Of a DNA stretch of 64,000 bases, positions 44,574 through 56,802 are shown piece by piece. The stretch lies in the NCBI GenBank assembly GCA_963704165.1, contig CAVPHD010000004.1, forward strand, positions 224,001-288,000, given 5' to 3'. The stretch is from an uncultured delta proteobacterium. Its GTDB lineage: Bacteria > Myxococcota_A > UBA9160 > SZUA-336. Each line of letters starts with the position of its first letter. Positions within the stretch are counted from its first letter, which is position 1. The notes under the pieces were generated by a model. That model did no database searches. It was not told the origin of the DNA and was given only the letters and a program-made list of their open reading frames with translations. A program made the translations under genes and the position numbers.

Positions 44574-45323
44574 ATGGATCGCGATCGGCTCAACGCACTC
44601 CTCGAGAGCTTCGCGCGCGGCGACCTCCAACGCGAAGAGTTCATGGAGACGCTCGCGAAGCTTCCGTTTCAGATGCTGGGCGACGCGCGCGTCGATACGC
44701 ATCGCTCGCTGCGAACCGGTTTTCCCGAAGTCGTTCTCGCCACCGGCAAGACCGCCGATCAGATCGCGCGGATCGTACGCGTGCTTCGCGACGCCGGCGG
44801 CGACGTTCTCGTGACGCGCGCGACGGCCGAGCAGGCGAGAGAGCTGTCCGGCACCGTTCCAGAACTCCAGTACCTGTCGGAGGCCCGCTTGATGGTGCTC
44901 CGACAGACGCCGCTCGTCGTTCGTGGGCGCGGGGTGATCGCGGTGGTCTCGGCCGGGACGTCCGACCTGCCCGTCGCCGAGGAGGCGGCCCTCATCGCAG
45001 AGCACTTCGGGAACAAGGTAGAACGCATCTACGACGCGGGCGTGGCCGGACTGCACCGGTTGCTCGCGTCGCTCGACGTGCTGCGCGGCGCCTCGGTGGT
45101 GATCGCGATCGCGGGCATGGAGGGAGCCCTCGCTTCCGTCGTCGGCGGACTCGTGGCCGCGCCGGTGATCGCAGTGCCGACGAGCATCGGCTATGGTGCG
45201 TCCTTCGGTGGTGTCGCGGCGCTGCTCGCGATGCTCAATTCCTGCGCCGCGAACGTCACGGTGGTGAACATCGACAATGGCTTCGGAGCCGCGTACGTCG
45301 CGTCGCTCATCAACCGCGCCTGA
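44574..45323 (+). CDS. larB: Nickel pincer cofactor biosynthesis protein LarB
   Basis: AGTSDLPVAEEA, AGMEGALAS, PTSIGYG, VVNIDNGFGAA. Confidence 0.93.
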   Translation: MDRDRLNALLESFARGDLQREEFMETLAKLPFQMLGDARVDTHRSLRTGFPEVVLATGKTADQIARIVRVLRDAGGDVLVTRATAEQARELSGTVPELQYLSEARLMVLRQTPLVVRGRGVIAVVSAGTSDLPVAEEAALIAEHFGNKVERIYDAGVAGLHRLLASLDVLRGASVVIAIAGMEGALASVVGGLVAAPVIAVPTSIGYGASFGGVAALLAMLNSCAANVTVVNIDNGFGAAYVASLINRA

Positions 45324-45330
45324 ATCCGGC

Positions 45331-46513
45331 GTGCGCGGCGATCGCGTCCTTCATTTCGACTGCTTCTCTGGCGCGTCTGGCAACATGCTGCTCGGCGCGC
45401 TCCTCGACGTCGGTGCACCGGCAGCTTCGGTGCGAAAAGCGATCGCAGGACTCGGGGTCGGGCCGGTCCGGATGAAGCTCTCTCGCGTCGAGCGCGGCCC
45501 GATCAGCTCCCGCTACGTCGCGTTCTCGGCCCGAGAGCACGACCATCACGGCCGGACCTTTCGCACGGTCCGCGCGATCCTGCGCAAGGCTCGTCTCTCC
45601 GAGCGCGTGCGCGAGCGCAGCCTCGACGTCTTCGAGCGACTCGCGCGTGCCGAGGGCCGAATTCACGGCGTTCCGATCGAGCGCGTGCACTTCCACGAGG
45701 TCGGAGCGATCGACGCGCTCGGCGACATCGTCGGGGTCTGCGCTGCCGTGGAGTCGCTCGACGTCGCGCGCATCAGCTGCTCGCCGCTGCCCCTCGGGCG
45801 TGGCGCCGTGGCGACCGAGCACGGAACGATCCCGCTTCCCGCACCGGCGACGCTCGAGCTCTTGCACGGTGTGCCCACCTTGCCGCTCGACGTCCGCTGG
45901 GAGACCGTCACGCCGACCGGCGCCGCACTGCTGACGTCGCTCAGTCGACGAATTCGGCGCGATGCCCGCGCTGCGCACGCTCGCCCAGGGCTTCGGCGCG
46001 GGCGACGACCGCAAGGGCCCGCTTCCCAATGTGCTGCGAGCGGTGCTCGGAGAACTCGAGCCGGGTCTCGGGCGCGATCACGTCGCCTTGCTCGAGACGA
46101 ATCTCGACGACATGAGCCCGGAACACATGCCGTTCCTGATGGAGCGTCTGCTCGACGACGGCGCCTTGGACGTCTCGCTCGTTCCGCAGCTGATGAAGAA
46201 GGGCCGGCCGGGCCAGCTTCTGCGCGTGCTCGCCAGACCCGCGGATGCCGATCGGCTCGCGCGCCGCGTGCTCTCGGACTCGAGCGCCCTCGGTGTGCGC
46301 GTTCAGATCGTTCCGCGACTCCTGCGTGCGCGCAGCGCGCGCACGGTGGCGACCCCGTACGGCGCGATCCGCGTCAAGCTCGCCGGACTCGAAGGCAAGG
46401 AGATCAGCGTGAAGCCCGAGTACGAGTCGTGTGCGCGAGCGGCGCGGCGTCACGGTGTGCCGATCGCGAGAGTCACGCGAGCGGCGGATCGCGCCGCGCG
46501 GGAGCTCGAATGA
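45331..46513 (+). CDS. larC: Nickel insertion protein LarC, frameshift near 45945
   Basis: DCFSGASG, HFHEVGAIDA, PAPATLEL, TPTGAALL; ETNLDD, MKKGRPG, KPEYE. Confidence 0.9.
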
Positions 46514-47271
46514 AGGCCGACGGAACCGCCTTTCGACTCGGCGACCCGCGCGGTGGCGCCGCGCCCGCCGTGCTCTGCGTCCACGGTCTCACCGGCACGC
46601 CCTACGAAGTTCGGCCCCCGGCCGAAGCGCTGGCCGAGGCCGGGTTCTTCTGCGAAGGACCGGTCCTTCCCGGCCACGGCACCCGCCATCAAGATCTGGC
46701 TTCGACGCCGCGCGACGCCTGGGTCGGAGCCGTCGTTGCCGCACACGACTCCCTCGCCGATCGACACGAACGTGTGTACGTCCTCGGTCTCTCGCTGGGC
46801 GGACTCCTGGCTCTATCGCTCGCGCAGCGACGGGCGGTTTCGGCCGCGGTCGTGCTGGCCGCTCCGATCGACCTCGGGCCGTTGATTCGGAACGCCGTGC
46901 CCTGGCTCTGGCCGCTCGTGCGATCGCTTCCGAAGACGCCCGCGATCTTCGACGACGCCGCACGGGAGCGTCATCCGGGTTACGACCGGATGCCGATGCG
47001 TGCGGTGAACGAGCTGATCCGTCTCGCGCGCGAGGTCGAACGCGATCTGCGCGAGGTGCGCGCCCCGGTTCAGCTCATCTTCAGCCGACGTGACCCGACC
47101 GTTCCCGTTCACAACGCCGAGCGGATCCTATCCGCGCTACCGCCCGGCGATCGAGAACTCCACTGGCTCGAGAATTCCGCACACGTGCTGCCCGTGGATC
47201 GGGAGCGCGACCTGGTCGCCCGCCGAGTGGTCGAGTTCCTGCTTCGGCAGGAGAAAACTGCGAGTGGTTGA
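46510..47271 (+). CDS. Carboxylesterase (alpha/beta hydrolase)
   Basis: HGLTGTP, LPGHGT, GLSLGG nucleophile, DPTVP, SAHV. Confidence 0.9.
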   Translation: MKADGTAFRLGDPRGGAAPAVLCVHGLTGTPYEVRPPAEALAEAGFFCEGPVLPGHGTRHQDLASTPRDAWVGAVVAAHDSLADRHERVYVLGLSLGGLLALSLAQRRAVSAAVVLAAPIDLGPLIRNAVPWLWPLVRSLPKTPAIFDDAARERHPGYDRMPMRAVNELIRLAREVERDLREVRAPVQLIFSRRDPTVPVHNAERILSALPPGDRELHWLENSAHVLPVDRERDLVARRVVEFLLRQEKTASG

Positions 47272-47335
47272 CGGCAGCGTCCGGGCTGGGAATCCTAGGA
47301 CACGAACCACGAACGGTTCCGGGGGCGAAGACGTA

Positions 47336-47548
47336 ATGGCGGAGATTCCCGCGGCCGCAGTGAAGCGGCTGCTGACCAAGCATGGCAGTGAACTGAGAAC
47401 GTCCGGGACGGCAGTCGAGCTGGCCGTGGCCGCAGCTGAAGAGTACATCGCGCGGCTCGCCCAAGAGGCGAGCGCATCGGCTCAGCGCGAGAAGCGCAAG
47501 ACGATCATGGACGACGACATCAAGAAGGCCCGGCAGGTCGTCGGCTAG
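47336..47548 (+). CDS. Histone-fold protein, HMf/archaeal-type (70 aa)
   Basis: MAEIPAAAVKRLL...LRTS...EE...EA...RKTIMDDDIKKA aligns with HMfB (ELPIAPIGRII...ERVS...EE...EA...RKTIKAEDIELA); upstream TTGACG-17-AATCCT. Confidence 0.88.
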   Translation: MAEIPAAAVKRLLTKHGSELRTSGTAVELAVAAAEEYIARLAQEASASAQREKRKTIMDDDIKKARQVVG

Positions 47549-48899
47549 GGGTCGCCTTCGACTCTCGATCGCTCCGCTCCGCGAGCGCCTCGATCACGCG
47601 AATCCAGCGTGGCTCGCCGCCGTCGAGAAAACTGCGAAAGCGGATTCCCGCGAGCACGCTGGCGTAGCCCGGAAGCGTCACGCGCGACATCACGTCGCCT
47701 TCGACCTCGATCGGAGCGAACGGGGAAGGCAGGTCGATCCGGTAGCGCTCGACCGCGCCCGGCAGGATGTCTCGACGCGTGCGCAGACAGACTCCACCGC
47801 GAGCGACGAGCTCGGTGAGTTCATCCCAGTTCTCCGCGGTGGAATCGGTATGCACCACGAGGCGCGCCGGGAAGCGCCGGTATCGTCGATGGGCTGCGTG
47901 GTCGAGGAGGTCGAGCAGCGGCTTCTCGAGTTCTTCCCAACGAAGCGGCTTTGCGACGTAGAGAGCCGCACCCGCATCGCGCGCGGCCGATCGATTCGCG
48001 TTGCTCTCGCGTTCGTCGATGAGCACGATCGGCAACGTCTCCAGCCCCGGAAGCTCGCGAAATCGCATCGCCAGCTCGAAGCCATCCGCCCGACCCAGAC
48101 GCACGTCGATGAACAAGAGCGGGTAGCTCGTCTCGCGGAACGCGGCGAGTCCGCGGGCGGGATCGCGAAGGAGGTCGAGTTCGATCGACCGCTCGGCCAG
48201 GTGGCTCTGCAGGCCGGCGAGCGCCTCGGGTGAGGATGTGACCGCAAGCACCCGGCGTACGCGCTTGGATGAAATCGGGCGTGCATCGCCGGGCGGAGAT
48301 GGTGCGGGCACGAGTGCACTGCGTGCGGCTCGCTCGCGCATCGCCGATCCGATGGAGAGCGCGAGGTCATTCGCGGTTTCGAGACTCGCGAGCGGTCGGT
48401 AGCGCCGCTCGCTCGGGTCCGTGAGCGAGCGCGCGGAGAGCTCGCCGCTGCTCGGCAGCAAGAGCTCGCGAGGCGAACGCACCTCGATCGCCCCCGCCGT
48501 CTCGTCGAGAAAGCGAAGTCGAGCGCCACCCGCGGCCAGCTCCGTCGGCGCGCGCACGCGTTGGAGCCACACGAGTGCCTCGCCGAGGTCCCGAAGTGCG
48601 GATGCCCAGGCACGCCGCAGGACGGCCTCGATGTCCGCGGCCGACTCGCAGCGCGTGACGTCGAGGGCGGGTAGGTCGAAGAAGATCGCCGGGTGGAACA
48701 GCTTCAGCCGGTTGTGGCCCAGGGTGTAGAAACGCACCCGCTCGATCACGATCGGCCGAGGGGAGAGTGTCTCGAGCGGCGTGGGCCCGAGCGGCAGCGA
48801 GCCCTCGGCCGACGTGGCCCCGCGAGCAAGCTCCACGCTGAGCCCGAATGCGCGCAAGCGCTGCACCAGGAACTCCGCGTGACGTTCGGCGAACGACAT
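47520..48899 (-). CDS. Unknown N-terminal domain plus receiver plus PilZ-like domain
   Basis: LLFIDVRLGRADGFEL...YVAKP receiver; RRYRRFP and ARGGVCL PilZ-like motifs. Confidence 0.75.
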   Translation of the reverse strand: MSFAERHAEFLVQRLRAFGLSVELARGATSAEGSLPLGPTPLETLSPRPIVIERVRFYTLGHNRLKLFHPAIFFDLPALDVTRCESAADIEAVLRRAWASALRDLGEALVWLQRVRAPTELAAGGARLRFLDETAGAIEVRSPRELLLPSSGELSARSLTDPSERRYRPLASLETANDLALSIGSAMRERAARSALVPAPSPPGDARPISSKRVRRVLAVTSSPEALAGLQSHLAERSIELDLLRDPARGLAAFRETSYPLLFIDVRLGRADGFELAMRFRELPGLETLPIVLIDERESNANRSAARDAGAALYVAKPLRWEELEKPLLDLLDHAAHRRYRRFPARLVVHTDSTAENWDELTELVARGGVCLRTRRDILPGAVERYRIDLPSPFAPIEVEGDVMSRVTLPGYASVLAGIRFRSFLDGGEPRWIRVIEALAERSDRESKATPSRRPAGPS

Positions 48900-48995
48900 C
48901 CCGCCTTCGCTCCCCCGGAGTCTCCATCGGCGAGGCTCCGGGGGGGCTGAAGGCTTGGACTGGGACTCGGCCTTGGGCCCGAATCCCGGCTCGAC

Positions 48996-50916
<1,921 letters not shown>

Positions 50917-50946
50917 GGTGCCGTTCTCCCTCTCGCGTTCGGTTGG

Positions 50947-50973
50947 TTGGCACTCTCGAAGTCGGAGTGCCAG
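50947..50973. promoter_or_regulatory. CIRCE element (HrcA operator) upstream of groS
   Basis: TTGGCACTC-N9-GAGTGCCAG. Confidence 0.9.
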
Positions 50974-51006
50974 GCGCGGGCGAAGGTACGGCCGTCGCGA
51001 TCGAAG

Positions 51007-52866
51007 TCAACGCCCCGCAGGGAGCGGCGGAAGGCCTTCGAGTCGCTTCAGAATCGCCTCCGGGCGCGAGAACGGCCCGCGAGGAATCGCCCGCTCGAGC
51101 GCGGTCCGTGCGCGCGGCAGATCGCCGATCGCCTGGTAGGCGATCGACTCGAAGAGACGGAGAGACTGCGTCGAACGCGGCTCGGCTTCGATCCCGCGTC
51201 GGATCGCCTCGGCAATTCCCGCCGGGTCGTTCTCGCGCGCGTGAACGTCCGCGAGCTGCCCGTAGGCTCGAACGAAGAGCGGCTCGCGCTCGATCACGGC
51301 TTCGATCAGTGCGCGGCCATCGGCCATTCGCCCGGCGTCGAGCGCGGTGACGGCGCGCACGAGGAGCCAGTCCGGCTCGTCTCGCAAGACCTCGTCGGGC
51401 GAGGGCAGCGCTCGCCGCAGGCGCGGTGAGTTCGGGGGCAGGAGGATGGTCGCGACCAGATCCGAATAGACCACTCGCCAACCGTGCCGCGGACTCGAGA
51501 GTGCGTCGGCGAGTCGGCCCGAGCCGTAGGGGATCAGGGCGGCATCCACCGGGTACTGCGCCAGCCTCGCGGCGAGCCCATCGCGTGCCGCGCTGAGCGC
51601 GAGGTAGTCGAGATAGGTCTTGTCGTCGTAGAGCGTGTTTGCGCGGCCGTCGATGAAGACCTTGAACTCCGGAGCGTGAAGCATCACGTAACCGCCCCAG
51701 TTGTAGTGATTGAGCAGGCGAGGGCCGGGATCGAGGGCGCGCAGGTAGCGAAGCGCCGCGCGCGGATAGAGCTGTGACTCGGTCCAGCGCTCCAGCAATC
51801 CCGGAGTGAGTCGGACGTCGCGCCACAATCCGCCGGCGATCAGAAGCGCTGCGAGGGGTGCTGCGGCCAGAATGCGCCCGGCGAGCGGGGCCGGCACACG
51901 CCCCAGGACTTGATCGCGAATCGCCGTGAGCAGCCCGGCGAGCAGCGGCAGCGCCGTGAGCGCGAAGAGGGGAATGAACCGGCGCGAGGTGAGCGCCATC
52001 GCGCAAGAGACTCCCGCGAGCAAGACGAGGTAGACGTCGCGCTGCCGTCGGCGAAGCTCGAGAACCGCAGCGGCGACGGTCGCGCCGAGCAGCCAGGTGA
52101 ATCGGCCCGAGAAGCCGCGCACGTCGAGGCTGAAGCCGGGTGGTTGCCACTCGAGGATCTCGCGAAACGGCGAGCTCGAGTCGAGATAGGCGACGGGATA
52201 CTCGAGGATCCGCCAGCCCCACGGGTTGCAGAGGAACGCGAGTCCCGTGAGCGTGACTCCGATCCAGAGCCGCGCGTCGATCGAAACCCTCCGCGCCGAG
52301 ACCGACGCGCGGGCGGTCTCGACCAGAGCGAAGAGGCCGATCGCGCCAAAGCCGAATACGAAGCCACCGTGCAGATTGCACCAGAGCGCCATCAGCGGCG
52401 GCCAGAGCCAGGGCGCCCATCGCTTCTGGCGCGTCCACAGAACGAAAGCGACGAAGAGCAGGGTCAGCTCGTGCGGGCGGATGTCGAGAAACCAGTGCGA
52501 GGTCGCTGCGGCCGCCCAAAGAGCGCCGCCAGCGCCCAACGCGGAGCCGCAATGCCGCCGCGCGACCTCGAACCCGGCTGAGAACGTCGCCAGCAGCAGT
52601 CCGAGGTTCGCCCATGCGACGACCTGCGGATCGATTTCGTAGGCGAGCCAGTAGCCGACACCCCAGACCCACTCGTGATGCATCCACGGACGGCCCGCGA
52701 AGGTGAACGAGAAGTGATCGACGGTCGGCAGTTGCAGGCCCTGCCAGATCTCGCGGCCGGCAGCGAGGTGCCACCAGAGGTCCGAGCCCGCAACGGAAGG
52801 CTGAAACCAGGCCGCGGCGCCGAGGATCGCCGCCAGGGCTGCGACCCAGCGATTGATTTTCGCCAT
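51007..52866 (-). CDS. Polytopic membrane protein, putative GT-C glycosyltransferase with C-terminal TPRs
   Basis: DLWWHLAAG, HHEW, WCNLHGGF, NHYNWGGY, FIDGRA; TPR-like tail. Confidence 0.65.
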   Translation of the reverse strand: MAKINRWVAALAAILGAAAWFQPSVAGSDLWWHLAAGREIWQGLQLPTVDHFSFTFAGRPWMHHEWVWGVGYWLAYEIDPQVVAWANLGLLLATFSAGFEVARRHCGSALGAGGALWAAAATSHWFLDIRPHELTLLFVAFVLWTRQKRWAPWLWPPLMALWCNLHGGFVFGFGAIGLFALVETARASVSARRVSIDARLWIGVTLTGLAFLCNPWGWRILEYPVAYLDSSSPFREILEWQPPGFSLDVRGFSGRFTWLLGATVAAAVLELRRRQRDVYLVLLAGVSCAMALTSRRFIPLFALTALPLLAGLLTAIRDQVLGRVPAPLAGRILAAAPLAALLIAGGLWRDVRLTPGLLERWTESQLYPRAALRYLRALDPGPRLLNHYNWGGYVMLHAPEFKVFIDGRANTLYDDKTYLDYLALSAARDGLAARLAQYPVDAALIPYGSGRLADALSSPRHGWRVVYSDLVATILLPPNSPRLRRALPSPDEVLRDEPDWLLVRAVTALDAGRMADGRALIEAVIEREPLFVRAYGQLADVHARENDPAGIAEAIRRGIEAEPRSTQSLRLFESIAYQAIGDLPRARTALERAIPRGPFSRPEAILKRLEGLPPLPAGR

Positions 52867-52967
52867 TCTTTCGGCTAGCGTCGATCCCCGAAAGTCATTC
52901 ACCGCCGAGGACTTTCGCAGGTTAGAGTAGGAAGGCGCGCCCCGGTCCCGGGGCTACGGGGGTTCGA

Positions 52968-53570
52968 ATGCATCTCACCAAGCGACAGAAAGAGATCTTC
53001 GATTTCATCTGCGAGTACTTGGAACGAGAAGGGTACGCACCCAGCCTCGAGGAAATCGGCGAGCGCTTCGGGCTCTCGTCGGTGGCGACGGTTCACAAGC
53101 ACGTGCAGAACCTCGTCGAAAAGAATCTGCTGCGGAAGGCCTGGAATCGCAGTCGCTCGATCGAGGTCGTTCGCGACGAGCCGGCGCCGACGAGTATCGA
53201 GATCCCTCTGCTCGGGCGCGTCGCCGCGGGACGGCCGATCGAAGCGATCGAAGTTCCGGACACGATCGCCGTCCCGCCCGACATGGTCGCGCGCCGAGAC
53301 TGCTTCGCACTTCGGGTCGCCGGTGACTCGATGATCGATGATCACATCGTCGACGGCGACGTGGTCGTGCTCGAAGCGCGCAAGACGCCGCGCACGGGAG
53401 AGACGGTCGTCGCGCTGATCCGAGGCGAGGAGTGCACACTGAAGCGCTTCTTCCAGGACGGGGGAAAGGTACGGCTCGTGCCCGCGAACGCGATGCTCTC
53501 GCCCATGGAGTTTCCGGCCGAGGACGTCCAGGTGCAGGGCGTCGTGATCGGGCTGGTCCGAAACTTCTGA
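52968..53570 (+). CDS. lexA: SOS repressor LexA
   Basis: LTKRQ wHTH, GRVAAG cleavage site, GDSM (Ser) and TLKR (Lys). Confidence 0.96.
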   Translation: MHLTKRQKEIFDFICEYLEREGYAPSLEEIGERFGLSSVATVHKHVQNLVEKNLLRKAWNRSRSIEVVRDEPAPTSIEIPLLGRVAAGRPIEAIEVPDTIAVPPDMVARRDCFALRVAGDSMIDDHIVDGDVVVLEARKTPRTGETVVALIRGEECTLKRFFQDGGKVRLVPANAMLSPMEFPAEDVQVQGVVIGLVRNF

Positions 53571-53601
53571 ACCGGATCGAGCGTTCGAGGCTGCGACGAT
53601 C

Positions 53602-53952
53602 GTGCTGATCACCCGCCGCATGGAGTTCTCGGCCTCGTATCGCGACGGATCGGGCGCCACGTCAGGGCACAATTGGGAACTCGAGGTGACGCTCTCGGGT
53701 CCCGTCGACGAAGAGACCGGGATGGTGATCGACCTCAAGGACCTCAAGGAGGTCATGGAGCGCGAAGTCGAGGCACGCTTCGACCATCGGTCCCTGAACG
53801 ACGACACGCCGTACTTTCTCGACCGCCCCCCGACGCCCGAGGGCTTTGCCGTGCTGATCTTCGAGCTGCTCGACAAGGCCCTGCCCATCGGCCTCCTGCA
53901 CCGCATACGGCTCAGCCCGACGCGTGACCTGACGGTCGAGGTAGACCGGTGA
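53602..53952 (+). CDS. Degenerate 6-pyruvoyl-tetrahydropterin synthase-like protein
   Basis: [30 protein letters not shown]; lacks the first His and the Cys. Confidence 0.78.
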   Translation: MLITRRMEFSASYRDGSGATSGHNWELEVTLSGPVDEETGMVIDLKDLKEVMEREVEARFDHRSLNDDTPYFLDRPPTPEGFAVLIFELLDKALPIGLLHRIRLSPTRDLTVEVDR

Positions 53953-54335
53953 TCCGCACGATACGACGCTACGGGTTCTCGGCTGCGCACGTGCTCGCAC
54001 GTTCGGATTGGAGCGACGCGCGAAACCAGAGCGTATACGGGAAGTGTGCGAACCCGGCGGGACACGGTCACAACTACCGGATCGAGCTCACGCTCGAGAA
54101 CGTCAGCGCGCCGGGAAGTGCGATCGACGAGATCGTCGAGCGACGCCTCATCACGGAACTCGACGCGCGCCTGCTGAACGAGCAGGTCGCGGCCTTCGAG
54201 CGTGTCGTACCGACGGCGGAGAACATCGCGCGGCACATCTGGGATACGCTCGGCTCGGCGCTCGCGCCGACGCGCCTGGCCAGTGTGCGCCTGATCGAGA
54301 CGAGCAAGAACTCGGTCGAGTACTTCGGGAGCTGA
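53949..54335 (+). CDS. 6-pyruvoyl-tetrahydropterin synthase family protein
   Basis: [29 protein letters not shown]. Confidence 0.88.
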   Translation: MIRTIRRYGFSAAHVLARSDWSDARNQSVYGKCANPAGHGHNYRIELTLENVSAPGSAIDEIVERRLITELDARLLNEQVAAFERVVPTAENIARHIWDTLGSALAPTRLASVRLIETSKNSVEYFGS

Positions 54336-54343
54336 CGGCACAG

Positions 54344-54898
54344 ATGAGCAGGGTCGAGGAGTTGATCGAAGAGCTGCTGCGCGAGATCGGCGAGGATCCC
54401 GCGCGCGAGGGACTTCAGCGCACGCCCGGCCGCGTGGCTCGATCCTTCGAGTTCCTCACGCAGGGGTATCAGCTCGATCCTCAGAAGATCCTGAACGAGG
54501 CGGTCTTCGAGGAGTCCTACAACGAGATGCTGATCGTGAAGGACATCGACTTCTACAGCCTCTGCGAGCACCACATGCTGCCCTTTTTCGGTCGGGCGCA
54601 CGTGGCCTACGTGCCCAACGGTCGGATCGTCGGCCTTTCGAAGATCCCGCGGCTGGTCGAGATGTACTCCCGGCGGCTGCAGGTGCAGGAGCGGCTGACC
54701 AACGACATCGCGAACGTGATTGAGAAAGTTCTGCAACCGCGAGGAGTTGCGGTGATCATCGAAGCCCAGCACCTGTGCATGATGATGCGCGGAGTGCAGA
54801 AGCAGAACTCGTCCGCGATCTCGAGCGCGATGCTCGGGGAGTTCGAATCCGACTCCAAGACGCGGGCCGAGTTCGTGCATCTGATCCACAAGTCCTGA
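54344..54898 (+). CDS. folE: GTP cyclohydrolase I
   Basis: [40 protein letters not shown]. Confidence 0.97.
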   Translation: MSRVEELIEELLREIGEDPAREGLQRTPGRVARSFEFLTQGYQLDPQKILNEAVFEESYNEMLIVKDIDFYSLCEHHMLPFFGRAHVAYVPNGRIVGLSKIPRLVEMYSRRLQVQERLTNDIANVIEKVLQPRGVAVIIEAQHLCMMMRGVQKQNSSAISSAMLGEFESDSKTRAEFVHLIHKS

Positions 54899-55039
54899 AG
54901 CGCTCGAATCGACTTACGGCGGGGTGCGTCAGAGCCGGCGTGTCAGGTTGGAGTCGGGGCGAAATTGCCTGTCGAAGAGAGCCCATCGAGACCTGGCAAG
55001 TCCTTGTACGCCGAGGTGCGGAGGCTTCGATCTTCTTTC

Positions 55040-55068
55040 TTGACAGGGAGGCTCAAGTCTCATAGGGT
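55040..55068 (+). promoter_or_regulatory. Sigma70 promoter upstream of the sigma-factor leader
   Basis: TTGACA-17-TAGGGT. Confidence 0.6.
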
Positions 55069-55327
55069 CGGCGACGAAAAGCAGGCAGCGGAGCCCTGCT
55101 CTTCGGAACCGGCCCCCCCTTCGGCACGTCTCGCGAGATCGCCGGAGTGTGTGTGGAGCCGTTTTTTTGCACTTAGATTTTGACACGCTGCGTCGAGTGC
55201 AGGCGAAGCGAGAGGTCGGTAGCGGTGCTGCGGGGGTGGCACTGCACGAACCACGAAAACCGAACTCGGCCGCGAGGCATCTCAAGATGGCCCCGCGAGA
55301 TCCGGGCAGGAGACGAAGGCAAGCATC

Positions 55328-56776
55328 ATGAGCCAGGGACGCTGGACCGAGACAAAGACGACCGATCGGGAGCACTCGAACGTGGACCCGGACGAGGAGG
55401 CGGCGCGCAATCGCAACACGCTGCTCTCCTACTTCAACGACATCGCGAGCATTCCGACGCTGACGAAGGATCAGGAGGTCATGCTCGCGAAGGAGATGGA
55501 GTCCGCGACTCACGAGATGCGCTCGGGCATCCTCTCTGTCTCGTTCACCTGGCGAGAAGCGATCGACATCTGGCGTGGACTCCAGACCGAGAACCGAGTG
55601 ACCGCGAAGATGTCCGAGGCCTACGGCTCCGGAACCCCGGAAGGTGAGGAGCGCGGCGAGAAGCTCGACAAGTGCCTGAAGAAGGTCGAGGCGCTGCTCG
55701 CGAAGTACGACGACCTCGCGGCTTCCGGGAAGGAAGACAAGGCCGGACTCGACAAGCTCGGCGTGAGCATCCAGAAGGCGCTACGCGAGGCAGATCTCTC
55801 GATGCAGATCTTCGAGCGCATCCGGCGCAAGCTGCGCGGAGCCCGCGACACGATGGCGAGCTACGAGCGGCAGATCCGCGATCTGAAGTCGCCCAAGCGT
55901 GCGCCGAAGACCGAGAAGGGGAAGGTCGATCGCGAGCGCGATCTCCGCACGCTGCGCAAGCAGCTTCGCGAGGTCGAGTTGTCGATGGGCGTCCGCGCAC
56001 CCGACTTCATCCAGCTGATGGATACCGTCGATCTCGCCTACGACCGGCTGATGTTCCACAAGAACAAGTTCGTCCAGCACAACTTGAAGCTCGTGATCGC
56101 GATCGCCAAGGACTACCGCAACATGGGGATCGCGTTCCAGGACTTGATCCAGGAGGGAAACCTCGGGCTGATCCGCGCGGTCGAGAAGTTCGACTACCGG
56201 CGTGGCCACAAGTTCTCGACCTACGCCCTGTGGTGGATTCGGCAGGCGCTCATCCGCGCGATTCAGAACCAGTCGCGGACGATCCGCATCCCGAGCCACA
56301 TGCACGACACGCTGCTCAAGTACTACCGAACGTACAACGCGCTCTCGAAGCGACTCGGTCGAGAGCCGAAGACGTCCGAGCTCGCCAAGGAGCTGAAGAT
56401 CACGGTCGAGCAGACCGAGCGGCTGCAGAAGATGACGCGCGAGCCGGTCTCACTCGAGACTCAGGTCAAGGGAACTGACTCGAAGGTGCTCAAGGACTTC
56501 GTGAAGGATCCCGGAACGGTCTCGCCGCTCGAGAGCCTCGATCGCCTGCGACTCGAGCGCGCAACCGAGGAGTCGATCTCGCAGCTGAACGAGCGAGAGC
56601 GGAACATCCTGCGCTGGCGCTTCGGAATGAAGGGCGAGCAGGACCATACGCTCGAGGAGATCGGCGAGAAGCTGGGCCTGTCGCGTGAGCGTGTTCGCCA
56701 GCTCGAGGCCCGCGCGATCGAGAAGCTGCGCCACTCCTCCAAGCAGCGGCTGCTCGAGGCCTTCGCCGAACTCTGA
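55328..56776 (+). CDS. RpoD-family sigma70 factor lacking region 1.1 (group 2-like)
   Basis: Region 1.2 [45 protein letters not shown]...SRERVRQLE. Confidence 0.92.
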   Translation: MSQGRWTETKTTDREHSNVDPDEEAARNRNTLLSYFNDIASIPTLTKDQEVMLAKEMESATHEMRSGILSVSFTWREAIDIWRGLQTENRVTAKMSEAYGSGTPEGEERGEKLDKCLKKVEALLAKYDDLAASGKEDKAGLDKLGVSIQKALREADLSMQIFERIRRKLRGARDTMASYERQIRDLKSPKRAPKTEKGKVDRERDLRTLRKQLREVELSMGVRAPDFIQLMDTVDLAYDRLMFHKNKFVQHNLKLVIAIAKDYRNMGIAFQDLIQEGNLGLIRAVEKFDYRRGHKFSTYALWWIRQALIRAIQNQSRTIRIPSHMHDTLLKYYRTYNALSKRLGREPKTSELAKELKITVEQTERLQKMTREPVSLETQVKGTDSKVLKDFVKDPGTVSPLESLDRLRLERATEESISQLNERERNILRWRFGMKGEQDHTLEEIGEKLGLSRERVRQLEARAIEKLRHSSKQRLLEAFAEL

Positions 56777-56802
56777 GTTCGCGGCGCACGCAATCGGGAC
56801 GC

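Noticed and set aside
45277..47271. LarC-esterase fusion ORF (664 aa)
   Set aside because: Artefact of the larC frameshift; the esterase has its own ATG overlapping the larC stop
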